From Spongospora subterranea f. sp. subterranea (Eukaryota), in the NCBI GenBank assembly GCA_049724395.1, contig JAUGWO010000035.1, forward strand, positions 62,001-113,348: a DNA stretch of 51,348 bases, read 5' to 3'. Below the pieces are notes generated by a model, which saw nothing but the letters and a program-made list of their open reading frames with translations, made no database searches and was not told the DNA's origin. Shown piece by piece: positions 12,526 through 24,723 of this stretch (the stretch's first letter is position 1; each line of letters starts with the position of its first letter). Position numbers and translations under genes: made by a program.

Positions 12526-13076
12526 GTATCGTCTTTACACACTCAGACCGGATCGTCTGACGAACTGACAGATGGAATGTATCGCAATCTTACACACTCA
12601 GACCGGATCGTTTGACGAACTGACAGATGGAATGTATCGCAATCTTACACACTCAGACCGGATCGTCTGACGAACTGACAGATGGAATGTATCGCAATCT
12701 TACACACTCAGACCGGATCGTTTGACGAACTGACAGATGGAATGTATCGCAATCTTACACACTCAGACCGGATCGTTTGACGAACTGACAGATGGAATGT
12801 ATCGCAATCTTACACACTCAGACCGGATCGTCTGACGAACTGTCAGATGGAATGTATCGCAATCTTACACACTCAGACCGGATCGTTTGGATCGTCTGAC
12901 GAACTGTCAGATGGAATGTATCGCAATCTTACACACTCAGACCGGATCGTTTGACGAACTGACGAACTGTCAGATGGAATGTATCGCAATCTTACACACT
13001 CAGACCGGATCGTCTGACGAACTGTCAGATGGAATGTATCGCAATCTTACACACTCAGACCGGATCGTTTGACGAA
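12526..13076. repeat. Tandem minisatellite, 55-bp unit, about 10 copies
   Basis: GATGGAATGTATCGCAATCTTACACACTCAGACCGGATCGT(C/T)TGACGAACTG(A/T)CA recurring at 12571, 12626, 12681, 12736, 12791, 12846 and onward. Confidence 0.97.
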
Positions 13077-13240
13077 TAGTTCAATCTTTTTATATTGTGA
13101 GGAAAACTGAGTGAGGTCACTGGTTACAAAATACGGGTCATAAGTCATAATCATCGATACACCTCGTAACGAAACAGATTGAGTTGCAATCTCACATTAT
13201 TTACCTACATGCAACTTACAAATCAGTCGAGACCGTTTTT

Positions 13241-13316
13241 GGGCGCGGCAGACGCAGTGAGCCTCGATTTCTTGCACGCGCGGCTTGTCAGAGAACATGT
13301 TTTGAAGCGGGCGCGG
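13241..13316 (+). promoter_or_regulatory. Three GCGCGG motifs upstream of RAD54B (candidate cell-cycle elements)
   Basis: GGGCGCGG at 13241 and 13309 and ACGCGCGG at 13276, 105-180 bp before the ATG in AT-rich DNA. Function is inferred only. Confidence 0.3.
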
Positions 13317-13420
13317 ACATTATGTGTTAACTGCGTTTGAACCTGATTGCATTGATTTTCATCATGATTGCTGATGCACATATCTATTAGATAGTTGAAG
13401 GCATTGCATCAGGTTTGAGA

Positions 13421-16400
13421 ATGCGAAAGAGCGCCATTATTGCGTCACGTAGACCCGCTTCGTCGAACGAGACTGCAGCATATCCTGACACCCTGGTTGC
13501 TGGCAGTGAACGCCCAATAAAGAAGATATTTCGGCCTCCTAGACTGCATGGAAGCAGTTCCCTACAGCGAGACGCAGCTGTATCAACGCAAAAAGAATCT
13601 TTAGGGCCATCTCTAGCGTACAAAATGTTTGTTCATTGTTTGTTTTGTCTTCTTTATCTTGGTTAAAAATTTTCAGATTCTATTCGGTAAAATCGAATAA
13701 AAAACATAAGAAATACTCCGATGGAGTTCTTTTGCGAAAGGGAAACAATTTCGTTATTTTTAACGACTCAGGAAAACAAATTACTTCAAGGTCTTTGTCT
13801 GCAATTGCCGCACTCGGGACTGGGTCTGAGGTATAAGCAACTTGACCATTACCTAGGTCATATATTTATTCCTTTGGGGCTACAGCTTGAATGTGGCACC
13901 TACGAAGTCCAAGTTGATCAACAGGTGGATATTGCCGATTATGAATCGGGCCTTGTTTTCATCTCTGTGGAACCATACTCAACAAAAGAACCCGTTGTTC
14001 GGTCAACGAAGAACCATGAATCAAAGTTCAAGGTATCCCGGATAAAATGCATTTCTTGTATTTTTCGAATCCATTGTATTTGTGTAGTCAGCTGCCGCCT
14101 GCAAACCCTCCATCCGGGTGGAAGGGAGATCACCAAAAACGGTACAATACCCTTATTTCATACAGTCCATGTTAACTCTTCGCTTCTTGTTAGGCTGTGA
14201 CAAATTCGAGAAATAATCCATTCGCGTTAAATGCTCTAGTCCTGTATAAACCCATTGATCCGTCTGCTCCAAACTCCAGATATGTGACATTATGGTATGT
14301 GTGCATATCTTGTCAATTATTTTGCGAACCCGATCATAATTCCACTCTTCAGTCCATTCATCTCAAATTGCCTTCGCCCACACCAGCGGGATGGGGTGTC
14401 CTTTCTCTACGACTGTCTTATTGGTAAGCGCAACCCAAACTACTTCGGAGCAATTTTGGCTGACGAGATGGGTCTTGGAAAGACACTTCAGGTGATTTCA
14501 GTTGCGTTGCTGCAAATTTCCCTAGGAATTACTTATTCCCTCTTTGACCAGTGTATTTCTATTATCTGGACTTTGCTCAAAGATGGTCCATGTGGCCCAG
14601 TTGTTTCTCGTGCTCTTGTTGTCGTCCCATCTTCACTGATCGACAATTGGGTTAACGAATTTAAAAAATGGCTGGGCAACCACCGTTTGGAGGTGCTGGC
14701 AATGCAATCTTCACTAAGTGCTAAGCAACAGAAAGAGATGCTTGAGGACTTCATCAATGGAACCAGATGGGCTGTTTTGATAATAAGCTATGGTTGTTCG
14801 AATGATCACTCACAACATTACTCTGACCATAGTCCAGAGATGTGTCGAAAATTCTCCAATACTTTGAGCCGAATGTCTGCTATCAAGGTAACCACATTCG
14901 AGCTGTAGTTGGCATGGTTTACCTGCTTTTTTAGAGAGGAGTTCTGTTGATCTGTGACGAAGGACATCGATTGAAAAATTCACAAGGCAACCAGACAATT
15001 GCAGCACTGGAGCTAATTGGCGCACAGCGGCGGCTCATCATAACGGTTTCTTGAAGTGAATCTCGGCTCTACGATCTTTCATTACTGTTCTTCAGGGTAC
15101 GCCAATACAAAACCAACTGGATGAACTCTACGCTATGTGCTCGTTTGTGAACCCCGGTCAACTTTCGACACTGGACTCATTTAGGAATAATTTCATCAAA
15201 CCGATCTCTGCTTGGCGAGATTCGGGCACGGCTTGCAGCGCAGATGATGCCACACTGGGTCAGAAACGCGCTGACACTCTTAAAGTAACGTCCAATTCTT
15301 GCTCATTTCGCGGCTGGTTTCTGATTAAGTTAATTAGAGTCTTACATCTTCTTTTATTCTTCGCCGAACGTCAGACGTGTTATCAAAATATTTGCCTTCA
15401 AAAACGCAATGTGTTGTCTTTTGCCGACTGAGTGCCCTTCAGATCAAGTTGTATCAAGTCGAGTCCTAGCATTTTGCTGTGTCGAATGTTCAATTGCTTA
15501 TTGTACGTTCTTTAGACGTACGTCGAATCGCAAGCCGTCAAGACCTCCATCAATGTTGTAGATACCGCCGCGGTCCTAAAACACATTACTGCTTTGCGAA
15601 AACTCGTCAATGATCCATCTTTGGTTTCGGATTTGTACGATGCTGCTCATCTTCCTGATAATTACGACTGTCTCGTTTCCGACCCCGCCAATTCTACGAA
15701 AATGAATTTTCTCGATTCACTGTTGACCAGGATGAACACAGAGGATCCTCCTGGCAAACTTGGTATGCATGCTTCTTCTGTTTTATAGTTCGTGACACCT
15801 TTGCAGTTATCGTCAGCAATTTCACAAAAACGCTACAGTGCATTGAGAAATTGTGCCAATCGAAATCCATCTCGATACTACGACTGGATGGACAAACTCC
15901 ATCGCAAGCGCGACAAGGCATTGTTAACCGCTTCAATGACTCACATTCTCTGGAAACTGTTTTCTTATTATCTGCCAAAGTTAGGTTTCAAGTCGTTATC
16001 TGTTTTCCAATTTTATTTTTCATGATATCGTCTTTTAGGCGGGGGGATGTGGCTTAAATTTGATTGGCGCTTCTAGGCTTGTTCTCTTCGATCCTGACTG
16101 GAATCCTGCAACCGACGAACAGGTTTAGTGTCGCGTGTTACAACGTTCGTAGACTCCATTTGAAAATTTTGCCACAGGCCATGGCGAGAATTTGGCGTGA
16201 CGGGCAACTTTTATCCATGCGTAATCTATCGCCTGCTAACAACTGGAGGCATTGATGAAAAAATATTTCAAAGGCAGTTGACGAAACAAGAACTTGCAAT
16301 GTATCTGGTTTGATATTTTCCCTGTGTTTCCATACATTATTGTTGACCTTCAACTTTAACGTATCATCATTTAGCTTTACCTGTTGAAAAGTTTTCAAAA

Positions 16401-16686
16401 AGCGCTGCTAAATTTCAAGCCGTTTTTTAGGGTTATCGAAGGCAAAGACCGTAGCGTGCCAGTAATGGCCAGAGATGAGCTCAAAAAGCTATTCATGCTT
16501 TCTTGCAATGAGGAGTATTGCCAAACGCTGAGTATGTTTTTGGACGTGGAAGCCATAGGAAGCACTTGGAACTTCCACCGCGATTTATCTACATTAGACG
16601 ATCCAGTGTTTACTGGCACGATGGAATTATTACCACCTGGGACAATCTCCTTCGCCATGAGCAAAACAACTTCTTTCGAGTCTTAG
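13421..16686 (+). CDS. RAD54B: RAD54B/Rdh54-like SNF2-family DNA translocase, multi-exon
   Basis: Start MRKSA; N-terminal [13 protein letters not shown] block typical of RAD54B/Rdh54. Motifs [87 protein letters not shown] and [18 protein letters not shown]. There is one extra T at 16209-16212. Confidence 0.92.
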
Positions 16687-17147
16687 ATGTCCTTGAGAAT
16701 ATTGTGTAAATATCGCCTATTGGATTTATTACAAATATATATGACGCCATGTTTCCCAATCTTTCTTTTTCGTCAATTCACAGGTTTGAGGCCTTTCAGG
16801 GTTAGGTTGTTAATGTATTCCTGTATCAACTCCCAGGGAATCATGTACGAGGGGGTATCTCAAACGGCTCAACTTGGATGTGGAGAGATTTCTATCATCA
16901 TCGTCGCTGACCAATTGAGACGACGACGCCCTTGTCGTGTTCGTTGACACATAGATCTGACATCAGAACGGTTGTTCATCATTTGATATGGATGATCTCT
17001 CTGTAATCGTCAGTACAATGGACATGAAGTAATTTGAATCAGTTGATGTCCTAATTATGTTCTCTGGCTCTGCTCGTCACATCAACGGATATTTCTCCAA
17101 ATATCTTTATCGTCAACGGCCTCCCACATGTCATTCACTCGAATACG

Positions 17148-20100
17148 ATGACCAATTTGATGATGATGACGATGATGATGGTGATCCTGTTCATCCACGG
17201 CCTATTGATTGTCGCCGAAAGTGAACAGGATGCACTTGCCGTTTTGCTCGAACATGACCTGTCACTTCAGCGACAAACGACCTCCAAAACGGTCCATTTG
17301 GCTTCGCGTTCCATCAATACTAAAACGGAGAAGTTATTCATTGCTCTTGAAGCCGTAGGAATCTGTTATTGCTGTTGATTGATGACTTGGGTCACCTTCC
17401 ACCTGTTTTATTAGCAGAAGTTTGAGATTCGTTTGGTTGAGTTGGCCCCGGATTTAGTTCTACCGACCAGGAACTTTTTTAACCACGAAAATGTTCATCA
17501 ATTGACTTCGTGCTCAGGAACTTGTTAAATTATAATTGATGTGATAGCAACGGTGAAAACGCCTAACAACCGATTTTGTTTATTTAGGACAATTTTTATG
17601 ATCAAAAAAGACTGTTTCTGATTCAGTTTAACGAATCGCTCCAGACGTCGTCAAAAGAATCGTTGAAAACAGATATCGACGTGCAGATTTTACACTATAT
17701 TCCTGATAATTGCTACGTTGTTTATGCAAAACCCTCAGCTGTTTCTCAGTTGAGACGTCTTTTGAACGTCTTCTGGGTTGGTCCATTAAAACCAACCGAT
17801 AAATACAGCCCGAACCTGGCTCCTGTCACGGTAAACGACAATTGTTCAACGAAAACTTGCGCGACGAATGACATTTTTGGCAGATTGATGTTGTCCATCC
17901 CAACAGAACCTGTATTGTCGCTGAAGTCCATCACTGCGAAGGCTGTCCAGATTTGGAACAGGAATGGAAACGGATGTTGTTGGATGTCACGGCTGTCCAA
18001 CAAATCTCTTCCGATCGCATCGAAATCTGCTTTGAGTTGACGAATTCGTCATTTCACCGGATGGTCGAATGGGTATCAGAACAGTTCAGAACTATTTCTT
18101 TATACACCCAACCTATAAGAGAATCTACCAATATGTACTCGAAAATCATCACTCAGGTGAGACGTTCGTCGCCTTTTGAATCTCTCAAATTGTGATTGAT
18201 TGCCCAGACAGCTGGTATAACTCAGCCATCCTCTGCCTTATCAAGGCAATTGTCGCGATTAACTGGTGCCGGACAGGTAATTTGGTCTGTACCTGTGAAA
18301 ATTGACGCCAGCTGTGGATTATTGGCTCTGTTGCATGATTTTATTTTGAAAGTTTATTTGCGATATCAATCATCATTTGTGAAATTCATGTTGCTGTATC
18401 AAAATCCTGGAACATTCTCCCCATGAGACCTTTTCAATATTCCCTTTCATGTATTGTATTTGTGGGTTTTCAACACATACACATCGTTTTCATGCCGTCG
18501 ACGCAATCTGATCAAAAAGTCTGATTTTGCTATTCCGTGTTGCTAAGGTTGTTCAATTTGTCAGATAATCGGTATCGGTGATACCGGGATAGATCCTGAT
18601 CATTGTTTTTTCGTAAGGATCCGCTTTTTCATATGCATCGTTCGAATAATTCTGGTATCAGCACGATCCAAACACGTCCATTCCTTTCCATTTGTATTCC
18701 GCAAAAGAAATCCCTGCAGATTCGTTCGACGTTTCACACAGGAAAGTTGTTCAATATGTGTCATCGGTTCCTCTTTCTCAAGGGTACATTTCTTGTTGAT
18801 TCACAATGGGGTTCAAGTTATAACACGATCCTCTTTCAGCGATCACCACGGGACCCATGTCGCCGGCACCCTGGTTGGCAAGCCTTGGGATTATGATCCT
18901 GACCGAATTCGCGACATTGATCGTTTCTCCGGTAATTGCTCAAATGTTTTTCCAATTTATCTTTTTTTTGAATTGTGTGAACATCATGTTCCGTTGACAT
19001 CCAACGTATTCATTATTTTTAGTTGTTTACTCAATGAATCTGTAGCGAGCTTCCCCTAATCGGTATTATGGTTGATAATTGTCAGGTGCTGCAATGGACG
19101 CCAAAATCGCATTCTTCGATGTAGGTTTCGGTTAACTTGAGTTAATGAAATGCGAACCTAAGCGGATCAGATTTCGACTTCCGGTTTCACTAGAGGACTA
19201 AATATCCCAAAAACACTCGACGACTCATTTTTTGGCTGGGCGTAAGCTTTTTAACACCGAAATCTCACTGGTTCTCAATGTGTGCTCTAGGCGTCGCGCT
19301 GGAGCCAGCATCCATAGCAATTCGTGGGGCAGTATAGCTCAGGGCTACGACGCCGACGCAGGTCAGCTGTCCTAGTCAGTGGCATCATTTATGTCAAACT
19401 CAATGTTTTGTTCTTGCGACAGTGAGCGTTGATTTATACTCATGGCTACATAAAGGTACCGAGTCATATATATTCGAACCTTGATCGGCTTCTGGGTTTA
19501 TATTTTTTCCCGAAAGATTTTCTGGGAATATTTTCGGCGGGCAACAAAGGGTCGCTGGGATCAGGGACAATCACGACCCCAAGTACTGCAAAGGTGTTGG
19601 CAGTCTTTTGTTTCAGTTTAAGGCGCTTCTGGTTCTTCGTTGCTAATTAATTCAATTGAGCTCACTCAATACTAACTCGCCTTGTTTTAGAATGTCCTCA
19701 GCGTGGGGTCTTCTGTCAACGCTAATGCACAATTTACAGATTTGTTTTGTGAAAAAGGGCCCATCCCCAACTGTCTCATCTGTGAAAGTGCTCGATCTGC
19801 CTCTCATCATCTCACTCAAGACGACCTGGTATTGTTTTTTCAATGTAACTTTGCGTTTTGCTCCCATGTTGTTTTGCAACCGTTATGTCACGATCATTAT
19901 TTATTTATTGGCAAGTCAAACAGTGATATACCAGCATATTATTCATTCTGCATCAAGGGTCTCAGCCATTATTTAGGCCTATTTTTCTTCAATGGGACCA
20001 ACGTCGGATGGCAGAATTAAGCCTGACGTCGTAGCACCTGGGTACTACGTTTACTCGGCCAAGAGCTTCCCCGTTTACGGGGACAAGTTGCGATCTGCCA

Positions 20101-21874
20101 ATATCGAAGCTGTTAGCGGTTGATGTTGGCACATCCATGTCGGCTCCAGTGATTGCCGGCGCTCTAGGTATCTGAATTTAACACTCTTTCGATTCTCATC
20201 GCTTGTTCGTTTGGTTGAGTGGCGTGTTTTGATAGTTTTATGGTTTGGCATTGCTGATATAGCGATAGGTTTGGTTAGGCAGTATTTCCAAGAGGGTTAT
20301 TATCCAACTGGCCTGCCAACTGATCAGAATGCGTTCACACCATCTGGGGCATTACTCAAAGCGATTGCCAGTACACGTTATCTGCTCCTCTGCGTTTCAT
20401 TTATTTGTTGAGCTGTGAACGGTGTAGTCGCCGGAGCGATTTCGATAACTGGATTCAGGGATTACGGGGGTCCAATCCCAATTACGAGTGACTATAGGAG
20501 AGCGGCGCCGGCTCCCAATTCAGTCCAAGTACGTTCTTGCCTGAAGTCTCTGGGTTTTACTGTAAATCCTAAGTTCCCATTTTTTTGTTTTGTCAATTGA
20601 TGGAGACTTGATTCACCTACATCTCCGCTGCAGTCATCGTCATCATAACTTCAACATTGTTTTTGCTAAAAATCACTTTTTAAAGGGATTTGGTCAACTT
20701 CAATTATCGAAAGTGCTGAAGTTCAACGAATCGACGTCGTTCAATCTGGTCATTCCCAGATCTGACGGTCTTTTCCTTGATCCAGAATTGGTCGCAACTC
20801 GCGATTACCATCAATACAAATTTTGCGTCTTGGCCAACCGCAGTAGGGTAAGCGAGTTTCATGTTCACTTTTCTACATGCTTAGAACATGATTTTTGAAA
20901 CACGATGAACGCCCAGCAATTTGCAATTTGAGAACCAGACGCACACGAGTACTCCCAACCATTGATCTGGACAGTTTTGATTCATGAAAGGGTTTTTACT
21001 GATGTATTTTTTCCATCTAGCATCGTCCGCGTGTCACTCTCGTATGGGTTGACTATCCAGGAACCTCACTGGCGTCAGTGGCGCTAGTAAACGATTTGGG
21101 TATAATTGTTGCGTAGATGGTTTTCTTCGTTTTAATTTGACTGTGGATCATCAGACTTGATAGTAAACACTTTATACAAGGACTCTACTTCAAATGTGAC
21201 AAAATTGTCCCCACGTATATACCGTAGGTGGCTGATTTCGGCCCGTGTTGTTGACGTCGCTGACGCCCAGTTTAGCGAATGCGTTGCTCGAAGAAGATCA
21301 TGTCAATACCATCGAGCGAGTCGAAATTCCCCACGCCATCACCGGTGATGTTGTGATTGTGAGAGTGTTTGGGCATAACATTGTTATGTCGCCACAGCCA
21401 TACGCCCTTGTTGTTACAGGCAAGTGTCATTTCTTTGCAGTAACTGTTACTTCCCTGGAAGAATCAATGTTAATGATACCGTCAAGATCAAAACGTTAAT
21501 CGGTTATGGCATATGTTACGAAACTTATTCTAATTGAAGGGCGTGCTTGTGGTACAGGCCCAATCGTACAAGTCGACATGGATGAGTCTTGTGAGACCTC
21601 ACACACCGAGGGGTTCGAATTTACTGAGGAAAATGAGTTGGAAGATGTTCCACATATGATCCACGAGGATCTGGGGTCTCCCAGCGAAAGTGTGTCTACG
21701 AAACCGTTCGGGTTCATTTACGACCATGCGCTGGCTATCCTTGTATTCGGCACAATCGCCTGCCTACTACTGATAGCCTGTGTAGCCAGGAGGGTAATTG
21801 CAAACATATGCTTGAGTAGACCGTTGCCGCTAACCCTAGATATACAGATCATTTTAACAGCCGTTAGCCGATAG
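17148..21874 (+). CDS. Subtilisin-like serine protease (S8, Kp43/TagA-like) with signal peptide, prodomain and C-terminal TM helix; many exons
   Basis: Catalytic motifs IGIGDTGID (about 18567), [10 protein letters not shown] (about 18843), FSAGNKG (about 19532), [22 protein letters not shown] and [11 protein letters not shown] (about 20128); also [12 protein letters not shown] and [10 protein letters not shown]. Hydrophobic N-terminus and [22 protein letters not shown] near the end. Confidence 0.9.
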
Positions 21875-22099
21875 ATGCAACAACCAAAATACCTTCCTGA
21901 ATAAGACATATCCAATGGCATTATCAAATAATTGATTGATGTCACTTATATAAATACACGTTATTATATTTATGAGAGCGATATCCCACGCTAAGCAACA
22001 AGAGTGCAACAAGCTACACACCGCAATCGATTAACTCAGATGTTGGTTGAAGCGTGCTATAGAAGTGCGCCGAGGATCAGATTGGTGTATGATTGACTG

Positions 22100-24581
22100 A
22101 TGGCGTCATCGCGCGTTACCGACAGTGGCTGTTGGCTGCAGCATCGTCAGAGCCCGCCGATGATCACCACTATGGATGCGACACCGTGTAGTCCAGCGCT
22201 CACCAGCCTCTCTTCCGATAGTCTCGGTGACGAGGTAGTGGCAGCTAGCCCCTTACTAGTCTCCGATCAACTAAAAAGTCGCATTCCTTTCAAAGGGTCC
22301 GGAACTCAACTGGACATCCATCATGAAGCGGCATTTTTTCGATCAAATCATTCCACAGGGAGCCAACGCGTTCCGAGTTCATCGTTGAGCCATAGTCCAC
22401 ATTTGCATGGCATCGCGTCTACACGGACAGGAAACGCTGTATTGCCCAAGCGGACGGAGGATCGCGCAACGAGGAGAACTAGCAGCAGTCGAAATACAGC
22501 AAACGTCCGGTCGCGCGATGACAATAAGATCACCGTTGAGCCTGAGTCACAACGCCTCCTGGGAAGTGGTTTATTTCCAGCCAAACCGCCCCTACAATGT
22601 GACAAAGATAACGATGTAATTGAATCACTATCACCCAACATACTCGATAAGGGGTTATTCTCAAGGGTGACTACAACAAGGGCATGTGGCGATGGTGGCA
22701 ACGATATCAAGTCTGGGACACACAATTCACTGGATAATGGCTCATTTTTAGAGAGGGCAGCAACACGTCAGGAAGGTGACAACGATAGCTATGCTACCAG
22801 TCTTGAGCCATCATCAGCCGATCTTGGGACATTCTCCGAACCGTCTTTCTAATCATATTGATCAATTTGATACGCAACTGCTATCTGTAATGGCGGATGG
22901 GCCACAGATCCCTAGTCAAACTCAGATACTGCATGATAGCGATCAATCAATGACATCTTTGGATCTGGAACTATCGCAGCCATTGTCATTCTCATCGTCC
23001 TGCTCTCATGATGAACCAGAAATTTCTGTCCCCAACTCTCCAAACCTCAACAGGGCTTTGCTTACTCCCTCCTCTCATGGCCCTCAAACATCTTTAATCA
23101 CAAAGGGACGAATTATCCCTCATCTTCAGCCACACCATAAAGAGGCAGAGGATACTTTTCGGTTGGCATCTGAATACATCTGTGAACTGGCGACTCATGC
23201 ATCAGATGAGCCAAGGTTAGTAATTGAAGAGGTTTGTATTGCCGAGACACAAAATGCCGCTCTTGAGCTGGCTCAAGCTCATAGCGTTCTCGATTCTGCA
23301 GTACGTCGCACGACGCGATCATCATTATCAGCTGAAGTATCGCGCTCGCAAACCATTTCTGCTACCGTGAAGTCAGAGTTGATATCGCCGAAACCAGCTA
23401 AACGTCGTCCAAGGAAACGAGAACAAAAGCCCAGCCAAAACATTACTCCCGTATCAAAGAGGCTTCGGACATTAGAGCTTAGGGCTTCCAAGAATCTGTT
23501 TTCGTCGATAACCTTTCTGCTGACTGGGTTCTCCGGTTCCGCCCATACCGAGGAGCGCACCCGTTTGATTGCCTTTATTGAGTCATTAGGTGGCCGCGTT
23601 GGCCGCACCGATACGGTTGACGATTGTGTCAGTTTAAGTGATCCACTCGATAGTCTCCCACGAATAGTGATCATGAACGGTTCTCGGCGCAACTGGTCCA
23701 CCAAGATTTTCTACACTCTTCTGCGAGGTGATCCTTGATGAGTTTAGATGTTCGTTCACCATAGCAATCGTTCATTGCGCGTCTCGTCTTATTTCTGTTG
23801 AATCCTTCATCATATTCGCAGCTCGGATTGCCAAATGTATCCGGTTCTTTCATTTTGCCATTCGCATGTGATATATGCAGTTTGATCCAATTTACGTGGA
23901 AGTTGAACGTCATGCTTCTGGCGGTTTAACCATGTTTGTCTGGCAGGTGTACCACCTGTACAACCGAGTTGGTTAGATGTTTGTCAAGCCGACGGTCATT
24001 TGGTATCGCTGTTGCCTCACGCGGGGCAGTTTGCTGCCGTTCCTGGCCTTAGCAAGACGCACTACCCACACAATCGTACCGGTCGCCCATTGTCCCAGTT
24101 CCGCATCGCCTACTATGGCACCGATAAAAAAGACTTTATGAGCGTTATTCATGCAGCAGGAGCTGTTTCGTTAAGACAACAGGTATCACCGCTATAATGT
24201 TTTCCTCCTTGCTATTCGCATAATCTTCCGAAAGTTGGTGCAAACGCTTAATTTTTTCACACGTTTTTGCCCTATCGTGCTTTCTTGAGAAAAATTGCCT
24301 CGTTTTTTTACGTTTCGTCGATATTGTTTTGTTCACTTTCATCAATTCACTTACTTCCTCGCATTTTCATTAATTTCGCACATCAGGGGTCGGCTGATCT
24401 GATAATTTTCGGCGACTGTACATCGCAGTCGGCGGCGCTTCGTAACCGTATCGCGCAGGCTAGGATGGCTTCCATTCCAGTTCTTAATCTTCAATGGCTC
24501 AAGAAGGTTGCACTTGAACAACGCGCAGTACCTTTTCTTCGCTCCAAGTTCCGCCTTGATGATAAACTGTCTCCGAATTGA
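22100..24581 (+). CDS. Large disordered protein with C-terminal tandem BRCT domains (53BP1/Crb2/MDC1-like architecture)
   Basis: Ser/Thr-rich N-terminus and a basic NLS (PAKRRPRKR). BRCT1 reads LFSSITFLLTGFS...IESLGGRV...TKIFYTLLRG|VPPVQPSWL; BRCT2 reads PLSQFRIAYYG...VIHAAGA...IPVLNLQWLKKV. There is a frame break near 22780-22850. Confidence 0.75.
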
Positions 24582-24723
24582 TAATCTATCAGCTGTTTTT
24601 TGAACTCATCGGTCATTGGAAAGGCACATGCGAAACTTACCATTCGCAAACGTTGTTCTGAGAAATTTTAGCTGACAGTTATCACTAACCTTTCTTGCTC
24701 TTTGATGTGCTGTTTTGCAAGGT

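Noticed and set aside
12526..13076. CRISPR array (hairpin-containing repeats)
   Set aside because: Units are head-to-tail with no unique spacers, there are no cas-like ORFs, and the context is eukaryotic.
16200..16220. Programmed +1 ribosomal frameshifting as a genome-wide system
   Set aside because: The frame-break sites share no motif or shifty stop; homopolymer error is simpler.
19829..19976. Long Cys-rich insertion plus frameshift in the subtilase
   Set aside because: Better explained as an intron (CTG|gtattg...atttag|GCC) giving [13 protein letters not shown].
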